52,644 nucleotides of DNA from an uncultured Candidatus Saccharibacteria bacterium (lineage in GTDB: Bacteria; Patescibacteriota; WWE3; 2-01-FULL-39-13; JAACPI01): contig CAYSYH010000001.1 in assembly GCA_964435455.1 (NCBI GenBank), positions 1-52,644 on the forward strand, read 5' to 3'. Of this stretch, positions 17,384 through 26,388 are shown one piece after another; the first letter of the stretch is position 1; each line of letters starts with the position of its first letter. The notes beneath the pieces were generated by a model. That model searched no databases and was not told the origin of the DNA. It was given only the letters and a program-made list of their open reading frames with translations. Made by a program: the position numbers and the translations under genes.

Positions 17384-19345
17384 TTATTTATTAGGTCTAT
17401 CTACAGGTTTTTTTAATACTGATTCTATATAGTTAATTACACTATTTCTTATCTCTGTCATTTCATTGGCTGTTAAGTTTCTTTTTGGGTTTTGGTAATA
17501 AATTGTTATTGTTAAAGCTCTATTTTTACCTTTGTTATAATCATCTTTTATTTCCACTTTAGTTATATATTTATTTGCTCTACTAATTTTATTTATAATA
17601 TCTCCAGCTAAGTCATCTAAATTTATATGTATTGTTAAATCTTCTTTAATTATTGCATATGGAGGGTTAAACCTTATAGTAGGATAGCTTTTGTATGCTT
17701 TAACTAAGTGCTTGTACCTAATTTGGGCATATGTGTATTTAGGCTTAACTGTTATAAATCCACATTTTTTATTATTAATGTATATATTTATTTGTCTTTT
17801 GTTAGGGTATTTAAAGGTGTAGTTGTCTATATTTAATACTTTAAATAAGTTTTTAAGTATATCTTTAATTTTATATATTCCTTCATTTCCCGAACTAAGT
17901 AATGCGAGGTATTCCTTTTCGGTAGGAAGCTTTTTGTTGTTCTTTAAATATATTTTTCCTACTTCATAAATATTTATTTCTTTATATTTTTTATTTAACT
18001 CTAGCGTTTGGTTTAAACTTGGTTCCAAACTTGTGCGTATATAAGACATCTCTTTACCTAAAGGATTAATTATTTTAACTGCCTTTTTTAAGTCAACATA
18101 TTTTTTTGGTACCATTGTATAAGTTATAACTTCATTAAAACCAGCATTACTTAGGTACATTTTTGTAAGCCTTTCTACTGTAGGTTTTTTGCTAAACTGT
18201 TCTTTTTTATAAAAATTAGGAGGTAATTTTAAATCAATTTTTTCGTACCCATAAATTCTAATTACCTCTTCTATTAAGTCTTCTTCTATAGATACATCTT
18301 GTTCTCTAAAACTAGGAACTTTTACCGTTATAAAATTTTTACCTTGTTTTATAATCTCAAATTGTAAAGCTTTTAATATGTTTTTAACTATTTGCTTTTC
18401 TATTTTCTGATTGGCATATAAGTAAAGTTTTTGGTAGGTTAACGTTACTAAACTGTTTTTAGGTTTTATAGTATTTATATCATACAGCTTGCTAGCTATT
18501 TTAAAATTAGTTTGTTGTTTCAATAATTTTAAAGATCTTAGTAATGCTTTTGGTGGTAACTCTCTGTCTATGGATTTTTCAAACCTTAAAGCAGCTTCTG
18601 TCCTATGATTTAATTTTAAGCTTGTTTTTCTTATTTTTTTAGGATCATATATTTGCGTAAATAAAACTACTCTTTTGGTGTCCGGTTTTATCTGTGAATT
18701 AGCTCCTCCCATAATTCCACATAAATCTATAATTTTTTCACTATCTTCTATAACTATAGAACCTTTGGGTAATACTCTTTTTGCTCCATCTAATGTAATA
18801 ATACTTTCTCCTTCTTTAGATTCTCTTACTTTCATTACAGAACCTTTTATACTATCGTAGTCAAACGCATGCATAGGTTGTCCTGTTTCTATCATTATGT
18901 AATTTGTTAAATCCACTATATTATTTATAGGCCTTATTCCTACTTGCTTTAACCTTTGTTTAATAATTTGGGGAGATTCTTTAATAGTTATGTTTTCTAT
19001 TACACATGCTGTGAAACGTGGTGACAGTTTAGGATTCTCAATTTGTACCTTTAATAAATCTTTATTTGCAAAGTTTTCTGTATATACATCTTTTAATGGG
19101 TTATTAAAAATTACCTTTTGCTTTTCAGCCTTTAAAATAGCTGTTAATTCTCTTGCTATTCCTAAAATAGACAAATTGTCTCCCCTATTTGGTGTTATCT
19201 CTATATCTAACACAAAATCACCCTCTATATTTTTTATATACTCTACGCTGGAACTTCGCAATGTAAGTAAGTTGGCAATATCGCTGATATTTTTATTTGT
19301 TTTTACTATTTCTTTTAACCAATTTTGAGGTACTAGTATATTCAT
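17384..19345 (-). CDS. pheT: Phenylalanyl-tRNA synthetase beta subunit
   Basis: MNILVPQNWLKE start, B3/4 and B5 regions, a C-terminal anticodon-binding-like domain. Directly downstream of pheS. Confidence 0.9.
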   Translation of the reverse strand: MNILVPQNWLKEIVKTNKNISDIANLLTLRSSSVEYIKNIEGDFVLDIEITPNRGDNLSILGIARELTAILKAEKQKVIFNNPLKDVYTENFANKDLLKVQIENPKLSPRFTACVIENITIKESPQIIKQRLKQVGIRPINNIVDLTNYIMIETGQPMHAFDYDSIKGSVMKVRESKEGESIITLDGAKRVLPKGSIVIEDSEKIIDLCGIMGGANSQIKPDTKRVVLFTQIYDPKKIRKTSLKLNHRTEAALRFEKSIDRELPPKALLRSLKLLKQQTNFKIASKLYDINTIKPKNSLVTLTYQKLYLYANQKIEKQIVKNILKALQFEIIKQGKNFITVKVPSFREQDVSIEEDLIEEVIRIYGYEKIDLKLPPNFYKKEQFSKKPTVERLTKMYLSNAGFNEVITYTMVPKKYVDLKKAVKIINPLGKEMSYIRTSLEPSLNQTLELNKKYKEINIYEVGKIYLKNNKKLPTEKEYLALLSSGNEGIYKIKDILKNLFKVLNIDNYTFKYPNKRQINIYINNKKCGFITVKPKYTYAQIRYKHLVKAYKSYPTIRFNPPYAIIKEDLTIHINLDDLAGDIINKISRANKYITKVEIKDDYNKGKNRALTITIYYQNPKRNLTANEMTEIRNSVINYIESVLKKPVDRPNK

Positions 19346-19347
19346 AT

Positions 19348-20346
19348 TTAAAATTTATTTAAAAAGTCTAAATTAGGTGTATAAAACATTCTAATATCGG
19401 GTATATTAATATCTCCCTTCATCATATAAGGCCTTTCTACACCAAAGCCAAATGCAAATCCATTATATACTTTTGTATCTATGCCTACATTCCTTAATAC
19501 ATTAGGGTGTACCATCCCTGCTCCTCCTATTTCTAACCAACCTGCCTTACATAACTTGCATCCTTTCCCCTTACATTTATTGCACGAAACATCTACCTCA
19601 AAACTAGGTTCTGTAAATCTAAAGTGGTAAGGCCTTATTCGGGTAGTTCTATTTATACCTAAAAATCCTTTAATAAAGTAATCTAATGTTCCTTTTAAAT
19701 GAGCTATAGTAACGCTTTTATCTATATATAAACCTTCAAATTGATAAAACATTGGAGAGTGTTTAGGACTTGCTTGCCTTCTATAACATTTGGCTATGTT
19801 AAGCATTTTTATAGGAGGTTTATTTTTTTCCATTTCTCTAATTTGTCCACTTGAGGTATGGGGGGTTAAAATATATCCTCCCTCTATAAAAAATGTTTCC
19901 CATTCATCTCTTGCTGGATGGTCTTTAGGCATATTTAAGGCTTCAAAAGGGTGCCAATCATCTTCTGTCTCTCTGTAAGTTTTTCTTACAAATCCTATTT
20001 TTCTTAATATATCTTCTATTTGAAATATAGAGTGTGTTGTTGGATGCAAGGAACCTTTTTTAAAAAACTTTTTTTCTAAGGATATATCTAGTGGAGTCTC
20101 CTTTTTATTAATTTTTTGTTCAGCCAAATTTAAAAGTTCTGTTACTCTGCTTTTTAGTTCATTCAACTCTTTACCAAACTTAGGGCGGTCCTTGGGATTA
20201 ATGTTTTTTATTTCTTGGGCTATTTTATTAATTATTCCAGACTTTCCCAAATATTTTAATCTTATGGTTTTTAACCTTTTAACTTGCCCAACTTGTATAT
20301 CTTTTAATTCCTTTTTTAAATTAATAATAACCTCTTTTTTATTCAT
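19348..20346 (-). CDS. pheS: Phenylalanyl-tRNA synthetase alpha subunit
   Basis: HPARDEWETFF, FRFTEPSFEVDVSCNKCKGKGCKLCK and GGAGMVHPNVL class II motifs. Confidence 0.95.
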   Translation of the reverse strand: MNKKEVIINLKKELKDIQVGQVKRLKTIRLKYLGKSGIINKIAQEIKNINPKDRPKFGKELNELKSRVTELLNLAEQKINKKETPLDISLEKKFFKKGSLHPTTHSIFQIEDILRKIGFVRKTYRETEDDWHPFEALNMPKDHPARDEWETFFIEGGYILTPHTSSGQIREMEKNKPPIKMLNIAKCYRRQASPKHSPMFYQFEGLYIDKSVTIAHLKGTLDYFIKGFLGINRTTRIRPYHFRFTEPSFEVDVSCNKCKGKGCKLCKAGWLEIGGAGMVHPNVLRNVGIDTKVYNGFAFGFGVERPYMMKGDINIPDIRMFYTPNLDFLNKF

Positions 20347-20380
20347 TAATCTTATTATAACTTATACACTTATAAATTAA

Positions 20381-20407
20381 AAAAGGCAGCTTTTAAAGCT
20401 GCCTTTT
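20381..20407 (-). terminator. Rho-independent terminator after rplT (perfect 13-nt arms, bidirectional shape)
   Basis: AAAAGGCAGCTTT T AAAGCTGCCTTTT. The GGCAGC/GCTGCC core is followed by a T run on the minus strand, 23 nt after the rplT stop. Confidence 0.55.
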
Positions 20408-20429
20408 AGGTGGTTAAAAAAATGTTTAT

Positions 20430-20777
20430 TTACTTAATCACCTTTTTAACCACCTGTTTAAATGTTTCAAAATCGTTAAAGGCTAATTCAGCTAAACTTT
20501 TTCTGTTTAGTTGTATTTTTGATTTATTAAGGTTTTGTATAAATTTATTGTATTTTACCTCTAAATTGTTTAAACCTGCATTTATTCTTACAATCCAAAG
20601 CCTTCTCATTTGCCTTTTTCTTTCTTTTCTACCTCTAAATGCATGCTCACCTGATCTTATAAAGGCTTCGTGTGCTATACGATATAGCTTTCCTCTAGCT
20701 CCCCAAAAACCTTTATTGGCTTTTAAGATTTTTTTATGTCTTTTTCTCCTTGTAAAACCTGTTTTTACTCTTGGCAT
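20430..20777 (-). CDS. rplT: 50S ribosomal protein L20
   Basis: MPRVKTGFTRRKRHKKILK...GFWGARGKLYR is a canonical L20. Confidence 0.95.
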   Translation of the reverse strand: MPRVKTGFTRRKRHKKILKANKGFWGARGKLYRIAHEAFIRSGEHAFRGRKERKRQMRRLWIVRINAGLNNLEVKYNKFIQNLNKSKIQLNRKSLAELAFNDFETFKQVVKKVIK

Positions 20778-20778
20778 A

Positions 20779-20973
20779 TTACATTCCCAATAATTTTTTT
20801 ATTTTTTTAATATATCCTTTAGTATTTATTTGTGTAAATCTTTTTTGTTTAAATTTTTTAGATACATCTACTTTTGCCTTTAAATGACTAGCATTTACCT
20901 TCCCTTTTAAAAGTTTTCCTTTTTTAGATTTTTTTATTCTTTTTGCTGTTCCTTTATGTGTTTTCATTTTCAT
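20779..20973 (-). CDS. rpmI: 50S ribosomal protein L35
   Basis: MKMKTHKGTAKRIK, 64 aa. Stop lies 1 nt before the rplT ATG. Confidence 0.9.
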   Translation of the reverse strand: MKMKTHKGTAKRIKKSKKGKLLKGKVNASHLKAKVDVSKKFKQKRFTQINTKGYIKKIKKLLGM

Positions 20974-21064
20974 ACATTAATATTTTACTTATATTAATTA
21001 CTTTGTAAAGCAATAGATATTTATAATTATGGATTAATTTGTTTTTTAATTTTTCTAATCAATA

Positions 21065-21325
21065 TTATTTAGTTTTTATATATTCTCCTAATAGTTTTCC
21101 TATTCCTATACCTAGTAACATAGCTACTATGCCTGTTATTAATAATCCTTCTGGTGAATTAGATAAAACCTCTACAGCTTTTTGGGCCACCTGTGGAAGC
21201 GGCTCCTGTAAAGGGTTTTTATTGAAAAAATCAACCATCCCCTCCCCTATTTGTGTGGCAAATTCTATTACTCTATTTAGTATTCCAGGGCCGTTTTGAT
21301 TTAATGACTCTAATGTTAAAAACAT
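21065..21325 (-). CDS. 86-aa protein with C-terminal glycine-zipper TM helix, inserted between infC and rpmI
   Basis: Same strand as the operon with an ATG start. C-terminal GLLITGIVAMLLGIGIGKLLG helix. The antisense ORF 21039-21299 looks non-protein-like. Confidence 0.5.
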   Translation of the reverse strand: MFLTLESLNQNGPGILNRVIEFATQIGEGMVDFFNKNPLQEPLPQVAQKAVEVLSNSPEGLLITGIVAMLLGIGIGKLLGEYIKTK

Positions 21326-21382
21326 ATTTAAATTTTAAAATCCCCTTTATAAATTGTCAATAGCTATATATTATAGGTTACC

Positions 21383-21919
21383 CTATTTAGGTATAAGTGT
21401 TACCACTAAACTACGCCCTTGTTTTTTAATGCTATCTTCTGCTTTTGCTATATCCTCTAATTCTTTTAATATTTGGTTTAGCCTATCGTACCCCAGTTCT
21501 GGATGCACTATTTCTCTACCTTTAAAACGTAATGTAAACCTAACTTTGTCTTTATTCTCTAAAAATTGTCTAGCTCTTTTTAAACGTATATCTAAGTCGT
21601 GAGGGCTTATATTAACGCTAACTCTAAACTCTTTGAGTTTTTGTTTTTTAGATTTAACTTTAGCTTTGTGTTCTTTTTGTTGTTCCTGATATTTAAACTT
21701 GTTCAGCTCAATTATTTTACATACTGGTGGGGTTGCTTTTTCTGCAATTAGTATCAAATCTTTTTCTTGTTCTTTGGCAATTTTTAAAGCTTGTGTTGTA
21801 TCCATTATCCCCAGGTTGCCTTGCTCCGAAACCACTCTAACTTTAGGGAATTTTATATATTCATTATATACATATCTTTTTTGTTTAAACTTCTTTTTTT
21901 TGTTTTTATAGTGAGCCAT
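21383..21919 (-). CDS. infC: Translation initiation factor IF-3
   Basis: NEYIKFPKVRVV..G..LGIM...AL..A......LILIAEKATPPVCKI plus a C-domain. ATG start with a basic N-terminal extension. Confidence 0.9.
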   Translation of the reverse strand: MAHYKNKKKKFKQKRYVYNEYIKFPKVRVVSEQGNLGIMDTTQALKIAKEQEKDLILIAEKATPPVCKIIELNKFKYQEQQKEHKAKVKSKKQKLKEFRVSVNISPHDLDIRLKRARQFLENKDKVRFTLRFKGREIVHPELGYDRLNQILKELEDIAKAEDSIKKQGRSLVVTLIPK

Positions 21920-21945
21920 AAATTTATTATTTTTAATTTATTACT

Positions 21946-23715
21946 TTATAGTTCCATGGATTTTTTATCTATAAGCGGGGTAATCTTATTAATAAACTCA
22001 TTAATTCTTATGTTATTTATTTGGTTTCCTTGCCTTGTTCTTACACTTACAGTTTTTTCCTGTTCTTCTTTTTCACCTACTATTAACATATAGGGTACTT
22101 TTTGTTCTTGAGCTCTTTTAATCTTTTTACTTACTGTTTCGTTTTTATCATCAAGTTCTATTCTAAAATCTTTTTCTATTAGTTCCTTATAAATACTTTT
22201 TGCATAATTTAAGCTTTTATCTGAAACAGGTATTACTATAACTTGTATTGGGGAAAGCCATACAGGAAAGTTCCCCTCTAAATGCTCAATTAATATGCCT
22301 AAAAATCTCTCAATTGATCCCATAATTGCAGCATGTAACATTACAACTTCTTCCTTTTCCCCCTTTTCATTTATACAATATAACCCAAATCTATTTGGCA
22401 TGTTTCTATCTAATTGAATAGTAGCTACTTGCCATTCTCTCCCTAAAGAATCTGTTGCTATAAAATCCAATTTTGGTCCATAAAAAGCTGCCTCTCCCGG
22501 TGCTTCATAGTATTCTATACCTTTTTCTTTTGCTATTAATCTTATTTCTTGCTCGGTTTTTTTCCAAAGATAAGCATCTCCTAAATATTCTTGTGGCTTT
22601 TTTGGATCGTGAAAACTAAGCCTAACTTTTATTGGTAAATTAAAAGGTTTGTAAAAGTTTTGTATAATATCCCAAATTATTTCAATTTCTTGTTTTACTT
22701 GATTGTTCCTACAAAACACGTGGGCATCATCTTGAGTTATACTTATGACCCTACTTAAACCCGATAGCTCTCCTGTTTGCTCGTCTCTATAAACCATAGT
22801 AGTGTTGGCATATCTTTGGGGCATTTCTCTATAGCTATGTTCTTTGCGCGCAAATATTTGTGTGTGGTGTGGGCAATTCATGGGCTTTAAAACAAAAGTT
22901 TTACCCTCTCTTGTTTTTATTTTAAATAATTCATCTGCAAATTTTTTCCAATGCCCGCTGGTTTTGTATAAATTTTTTTTTTTTATATGAGGTATTTCTA
23001 CTCTCTTATATCCTTTTTGTTTTCTTAAATCCCATACAAAATTGTCCAACAAAATCCTTACCATTGCTCCTTTTGGAGGCCATAATGGTATCCCTGGTCC
23101 AACTTTTTCTGAAAAAGTAAATAAATCTAATTGTTTCCCTAATTTTTTGTGGTCTCTTCTTTTTGCTTCTTCTAATAATTCTAAATATTTTTTTAAGTCC
23201 TCTTTATTTTTAAATGCTGTTCCATAAATTCTTGTAAGCATTTTGTTTTTTTCATCCCCCTTCCAATAAGCTCCAGCTATTTTTAATAGTTTAAACGCTC
23301 CAATTTTACCCAGTTCTTTTACGTGTGGGCCTTTACAAAGGTCTATAAATTCTCCAACTGTGTATAAACTTACTTGATTTTTCTTTCCAAAATCATCTCT
23401 TTTGCCTTGTTTTATTTCATCAATAATTTCTAATTTATATGGCTCTTCTTTAAATATTTTTTTTGCTTCTTCTACTGTTACCCAACTTTGTTTAAATTTT
23501 ATATTCTCCTTTTTAATTTTTTGCATTTGTTCTTCTATATTTTTTAAATCTTTTTCCCCAATAGTCTGGGTTCCAAAATCAAAATCATAATAAAAGCCAT
23601 TATCTATTACCGGACCTATAGCTATTTTAACTTTTGGATATAATTTTTTAACAGCGTATGCTAATAAATGTGCTGTAGAATGTCTGATTTTAAATAATTC
23701 CTTATCTTGTTCCAT
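21946..23715 (-). CDS. thrS: Threonyl-tRNA synthetase lacking the N-terminal TGS domain
   Basis: Begins at the editing-domain HSTAH motif (IRHSTAHLLAYAV...GPVIDNGFYYDFD). Class II core with HRA-type motifs and an anticodon-binding C-terminus. Confidence 0.9.
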   Translation of the reverse strand: MEQDKELFKIRHSTAHLLAYAVKKLYPKVKIAIGPVIDNGFYYDFDFGTQTIGEKDLKNIEEQMQKIKKENIKFKQSWVTVEEAKKIFKEEPYKLEIIDEIKQGKRDDFGKKNQVSLYTVGEFIDLCKGPHVKELGKIGAFKLLKIAGAYWKGDEKNKMLTRIYGTAFKNKEDLKKYLELLEEAKRRDHKKLGKQLDLFTFSEKVGPGIPLWPPKGAMVRILLDNFVWDLRKQKGYKRVEIPHIKKKNLYKTSGHWKKFADELFKIKTREGKTFVLKPMNCPHHTQIFARKEHSYREMPQRYANTTMVYRDEQTGELSGLSRVISITQDDAHVFCRNNQVKQEIEIIWDIIQNFYKPFNLPIKVRLSFHDPKKPQEYLGDAYLWKKTEQEIRLIAKEKGIEYYEAPGEAAFYGPKLDFIATDSLGREWQVATIQLDRNMPNRFGLYCINEKGEKEEVVMLHAAIMGSIERFLGILIEHLEGNFPVWLSPIQVIVIPVSDKSLNYAKSIYKELIEKDFRIELDDKNETVSKKIKRAQEQKVPYMLIVGEKEEQEKTVSVRTRQGNQINNIRINEFINKITPLIDKKSMEL

Positions 23716-23951
23716 AATATATAATTAAATTTGGCAACTTTAAGTGTTTATGTGGAAAATACCTAATATATAAGTTACTCATTAATACATCTACCCCGCA
23801 AGGGGGTTGTAGTTTGTGTGTTTAAAATGATGTGCAAAATATTTAGTTTAATCACTAAATAAAATATAACACCTTTAATCCTTTTGGGCAAGTAAATTTA
23901 TAATAGTATATCGTTAACCTATAATGTTTTTTGGTATATACTTTATTTACT

Positions 23952-24551
23952 ATGACTAAAAATCAAACTAAATCCTTAGTAAATTTTTTTTACGAATTGG
24001 GCACATTGCGCAAAGTAGCCAGATCCCACCGACAAAACTTATTAACTAATGATTTGTCTGACAATATAGCTTCACATACATTTAGGGTTAGTATTATAGG
24101 CTATTTTTTAGCTGAATTAGAAAAAGCCAATATACAAAAGGTTTTGCTAATGTGTTTATTTCACGATGTGCCTGAATCCAGAAGTGGAGATCAAAACTGG
24201 GTACATAAAAGGTATGTAAAAGTTTTTGAAAAACAAATATTACATGATCAGTTAAGCCCTTTGCCTTTCTTTAGGAATATATTTAATTTTATTACCGAAT
24301 ATGTTAAAAGGGAAACAAAGGAATCTCTTATAGCAAAAGACGCCGATTTATTAGACCAAATACTTTTATTAAAAGAATATGCCTTACAAGGTAACAAAGA
24401 AGCCCAAGTTTGGTTAAAAGGCAAGGATACAAATAAAAATGCTCAATATTTAATGTTAAAAACAAAGAGTGCCAAAAAACTAGGTAAATTACTACTTAAT
24501 TCTAACCCAAGTGACTGGTGGAATAATCTTAGTACAAGCGTTCGTAATTAA
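23952..24551 (+). CDS. HD-domain phosphohydrolase (YfbR-like)
   Basis: HTFRV ... LFHDVPESRSGD ... DADLLD metal-binding pattern. The ATG at 23952 is preferred over the TTG at 23931. Confidence 0.75.
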   Translation: MTKNQTKSLVNFFYELGTLRKVARSHRQNLLTNDLSDNIASHTFRVSIIGYFLAELEKANIQKVLLMCLFHDVPESRSGDQNWVHKRYVKVFEKQILHDQLSPLPFFRNIFNFITEYVKRETKESLIAKDADLLDQILLLKEYALQGNKEAQVWLKGKDTNKNAQYLMLKTKSAKKLGKLLLNSNPSDWWNNLSTSVRN

Positions 24552-26328
24552 ATTTTATCAAAACCTTTTTTTTGTAGTAAAAAGGCTTCTTTGTATATGC
24601 CATTTAGCTTTATTAATTGTTTGTGAGTACCTTGTTCTACAATCTCTCCATTTTTTAATACATAAATTCTTTGTGTATTACGTACCGTACTAAATCTATG
24701 ACTAATAACTAAAACTGTTTTGTTTTTAGTATGTTTAAATAAATTGTTAAATATTAAATATTCGCTTTTTGGATCTATAGCGCTTGTTGGCTCATCTAAT
24801 ATAACAATCTGTGCATTCCTATAAAAAGCCCTTGCTAAGGCAATTTTTTGCCATTGTCCCATACTTAAATCTGTGCCTTTTTTAAATTGGGTATCTAATA
24901 TCTAATTATATTTGTTTGGTAATCTTTGTATAAAATCATCTGCTTGAGCTTGTTTTGCAGCTTTAATTATTTCTTTTTTGTTGCTTTTTGTTATGCGTCC
25001 CATTTTTATATTTTTTTCTACTGTAAAATGGTATCTGTTATAGTTTTGGGTTAATAATGCAATGTTTTCCCATAGGCCGTTATAATCTATTTCCTTAATA
25101 TCTATTCCATTTAATAATATTTTACCTTTTGTTGGGTTATAAATTCTCATTAGTAGTTTTATTAATGTTGTTTTTCCTGCCCCATTTTCTCCTATAAAGG
25201 CAACTTTTTCTTTTGGTCTAATAACTAGATTTATATTTTTTAAAGTGTATTTTTTGTTTGCAGGATATCTAAACCAAACATTTTTAAATTCTATTATTAG
25301 TGGTTTATTGTATTTTAATTTAACTGTACCATTTTTAATTTTGGGCTTTAAATCTAATAATTCTTTAAATTTTCTTGTGTAAATTAAATTGTCTTTATAT
25401 GTTGAATATTTTAGTGAAAAATTATATAAGTTTTCAGATAATATTGTTATTTGCCTAAAATAAAAATTAAATGTACCTATATTTTTACCTAGTTTTAATG
25501 TTTGCTTAACAATTAATATTATACTTATACCGTTTCCTAAAGTATATATAATTGATGAGAGCAAATTCATGTTTGTTTTTTCCTTATCTCTTTTTAATAT
25601 GTTTTTTAAAAACATTCTATAAGTTTTAGACAAGTGTTTTATTAAATAGTTTTGTAATTTATAGATTTTCACTTTATATAAAAAATATTTGTCTGTTAAA
25701 TAATTTCTAGTTGTGTAAAAATCTCTTTTTTAAAAACTTTTAGCACTCCAGATTCTCCAAATATCTTTATTATATTTAGAATTTATATACATTTGGGGAA
25801 TAAATGTAATTAGCATTATTAAAAAAATATATATATTAAACTTTAGTATGAGTATAGCAGCAGTTATTATGGTTAATCTTGTAAAAAAAGTTTGTGCAAA
25901 ACTTTCTATATAAGAGTATACTTTATGTAAATTTTCTCCAGTTATGGTTATTAAGTCCTGGTATTTTGGTGATTCCAAATAAGCAATATCTAAAGTTGCA
26001 ATTTTCTTTATTCTTAGCAAATTTGTACTTAACGTAATATACATATACATTTTTTTTGATAAATACATAAATAGATTTGATAATGTCCCTAAAAAAACAT
26101 AACTAATAACCACATACCTAAATTGTTTAAGGGCCATTTTTTATAAGGGTTATTAAATATATAAATTACATCGTTTAAAAATTGTGACGAATAGTAAACT
26201 GCTACAAAATGAACAGCGTACCTTAGGGATGCTATTAAAAAATAAGTTATAACTAAAAATCTTTGCCCTTTTGATAATATATTAATATAACTAAGGGATT
26301 CTTTTATAGAACTAATAAAATTAGTCAT
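24548..26328 (-). pseudogene. Decayed ABC exporter (fused TMD-NBD, MsbA/MdlB type): one frameshift and two in-frame stops
   Basis: Four ORF fragments line up colinearly with one ABC exporter. They carry TMD helices, Walker A GENGAGKTT, the signature LSMGQWQKIALARA and Walker B ILDEPTSAID. There is an in-frame TAG at 24902-24904 and an in-frame TAA at 25730-25732. The frame changes at an A6 run near 26135. Confidence 0.8.
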
Positions 26329-26388
26329 TTAGGTATATAGTTTATTGAGTACTTACCTAATAATAGCAAAAAAGTGGTTTATACATTA

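Noticed and set aside
20410-20793. 127-aa plus-strand ORF covering rplT.
   Set aside because: It is the antisense shadow of an unmistakable L20 gene and has no motifs of its own.
23791-23812. Small hairpin CTACCCC GCAA GGGGGTTGTAG (GNRA loop) in the thrS/HD-hydrolase divergent spacer, as a possible thrS leader or operator.
   Set aside because: It has only 4 uninterrupted G:C pairs and no T-box or ThrRS-operator-like anticodon mimic that I can recognise. It is too little to call without comparative data.
24902-25732. In-frame TAG (24902-24904) and TAA (25730-25732) in the ABC gene as programmed readthrough or stop-codon reassignment.
   Set aside because: Two different stop codons plus a frameshift occur in the same gene. 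TAA and TAG terminate dozens of full-length conserved genes in this window. Pseudogenisation is the simpler explanation.
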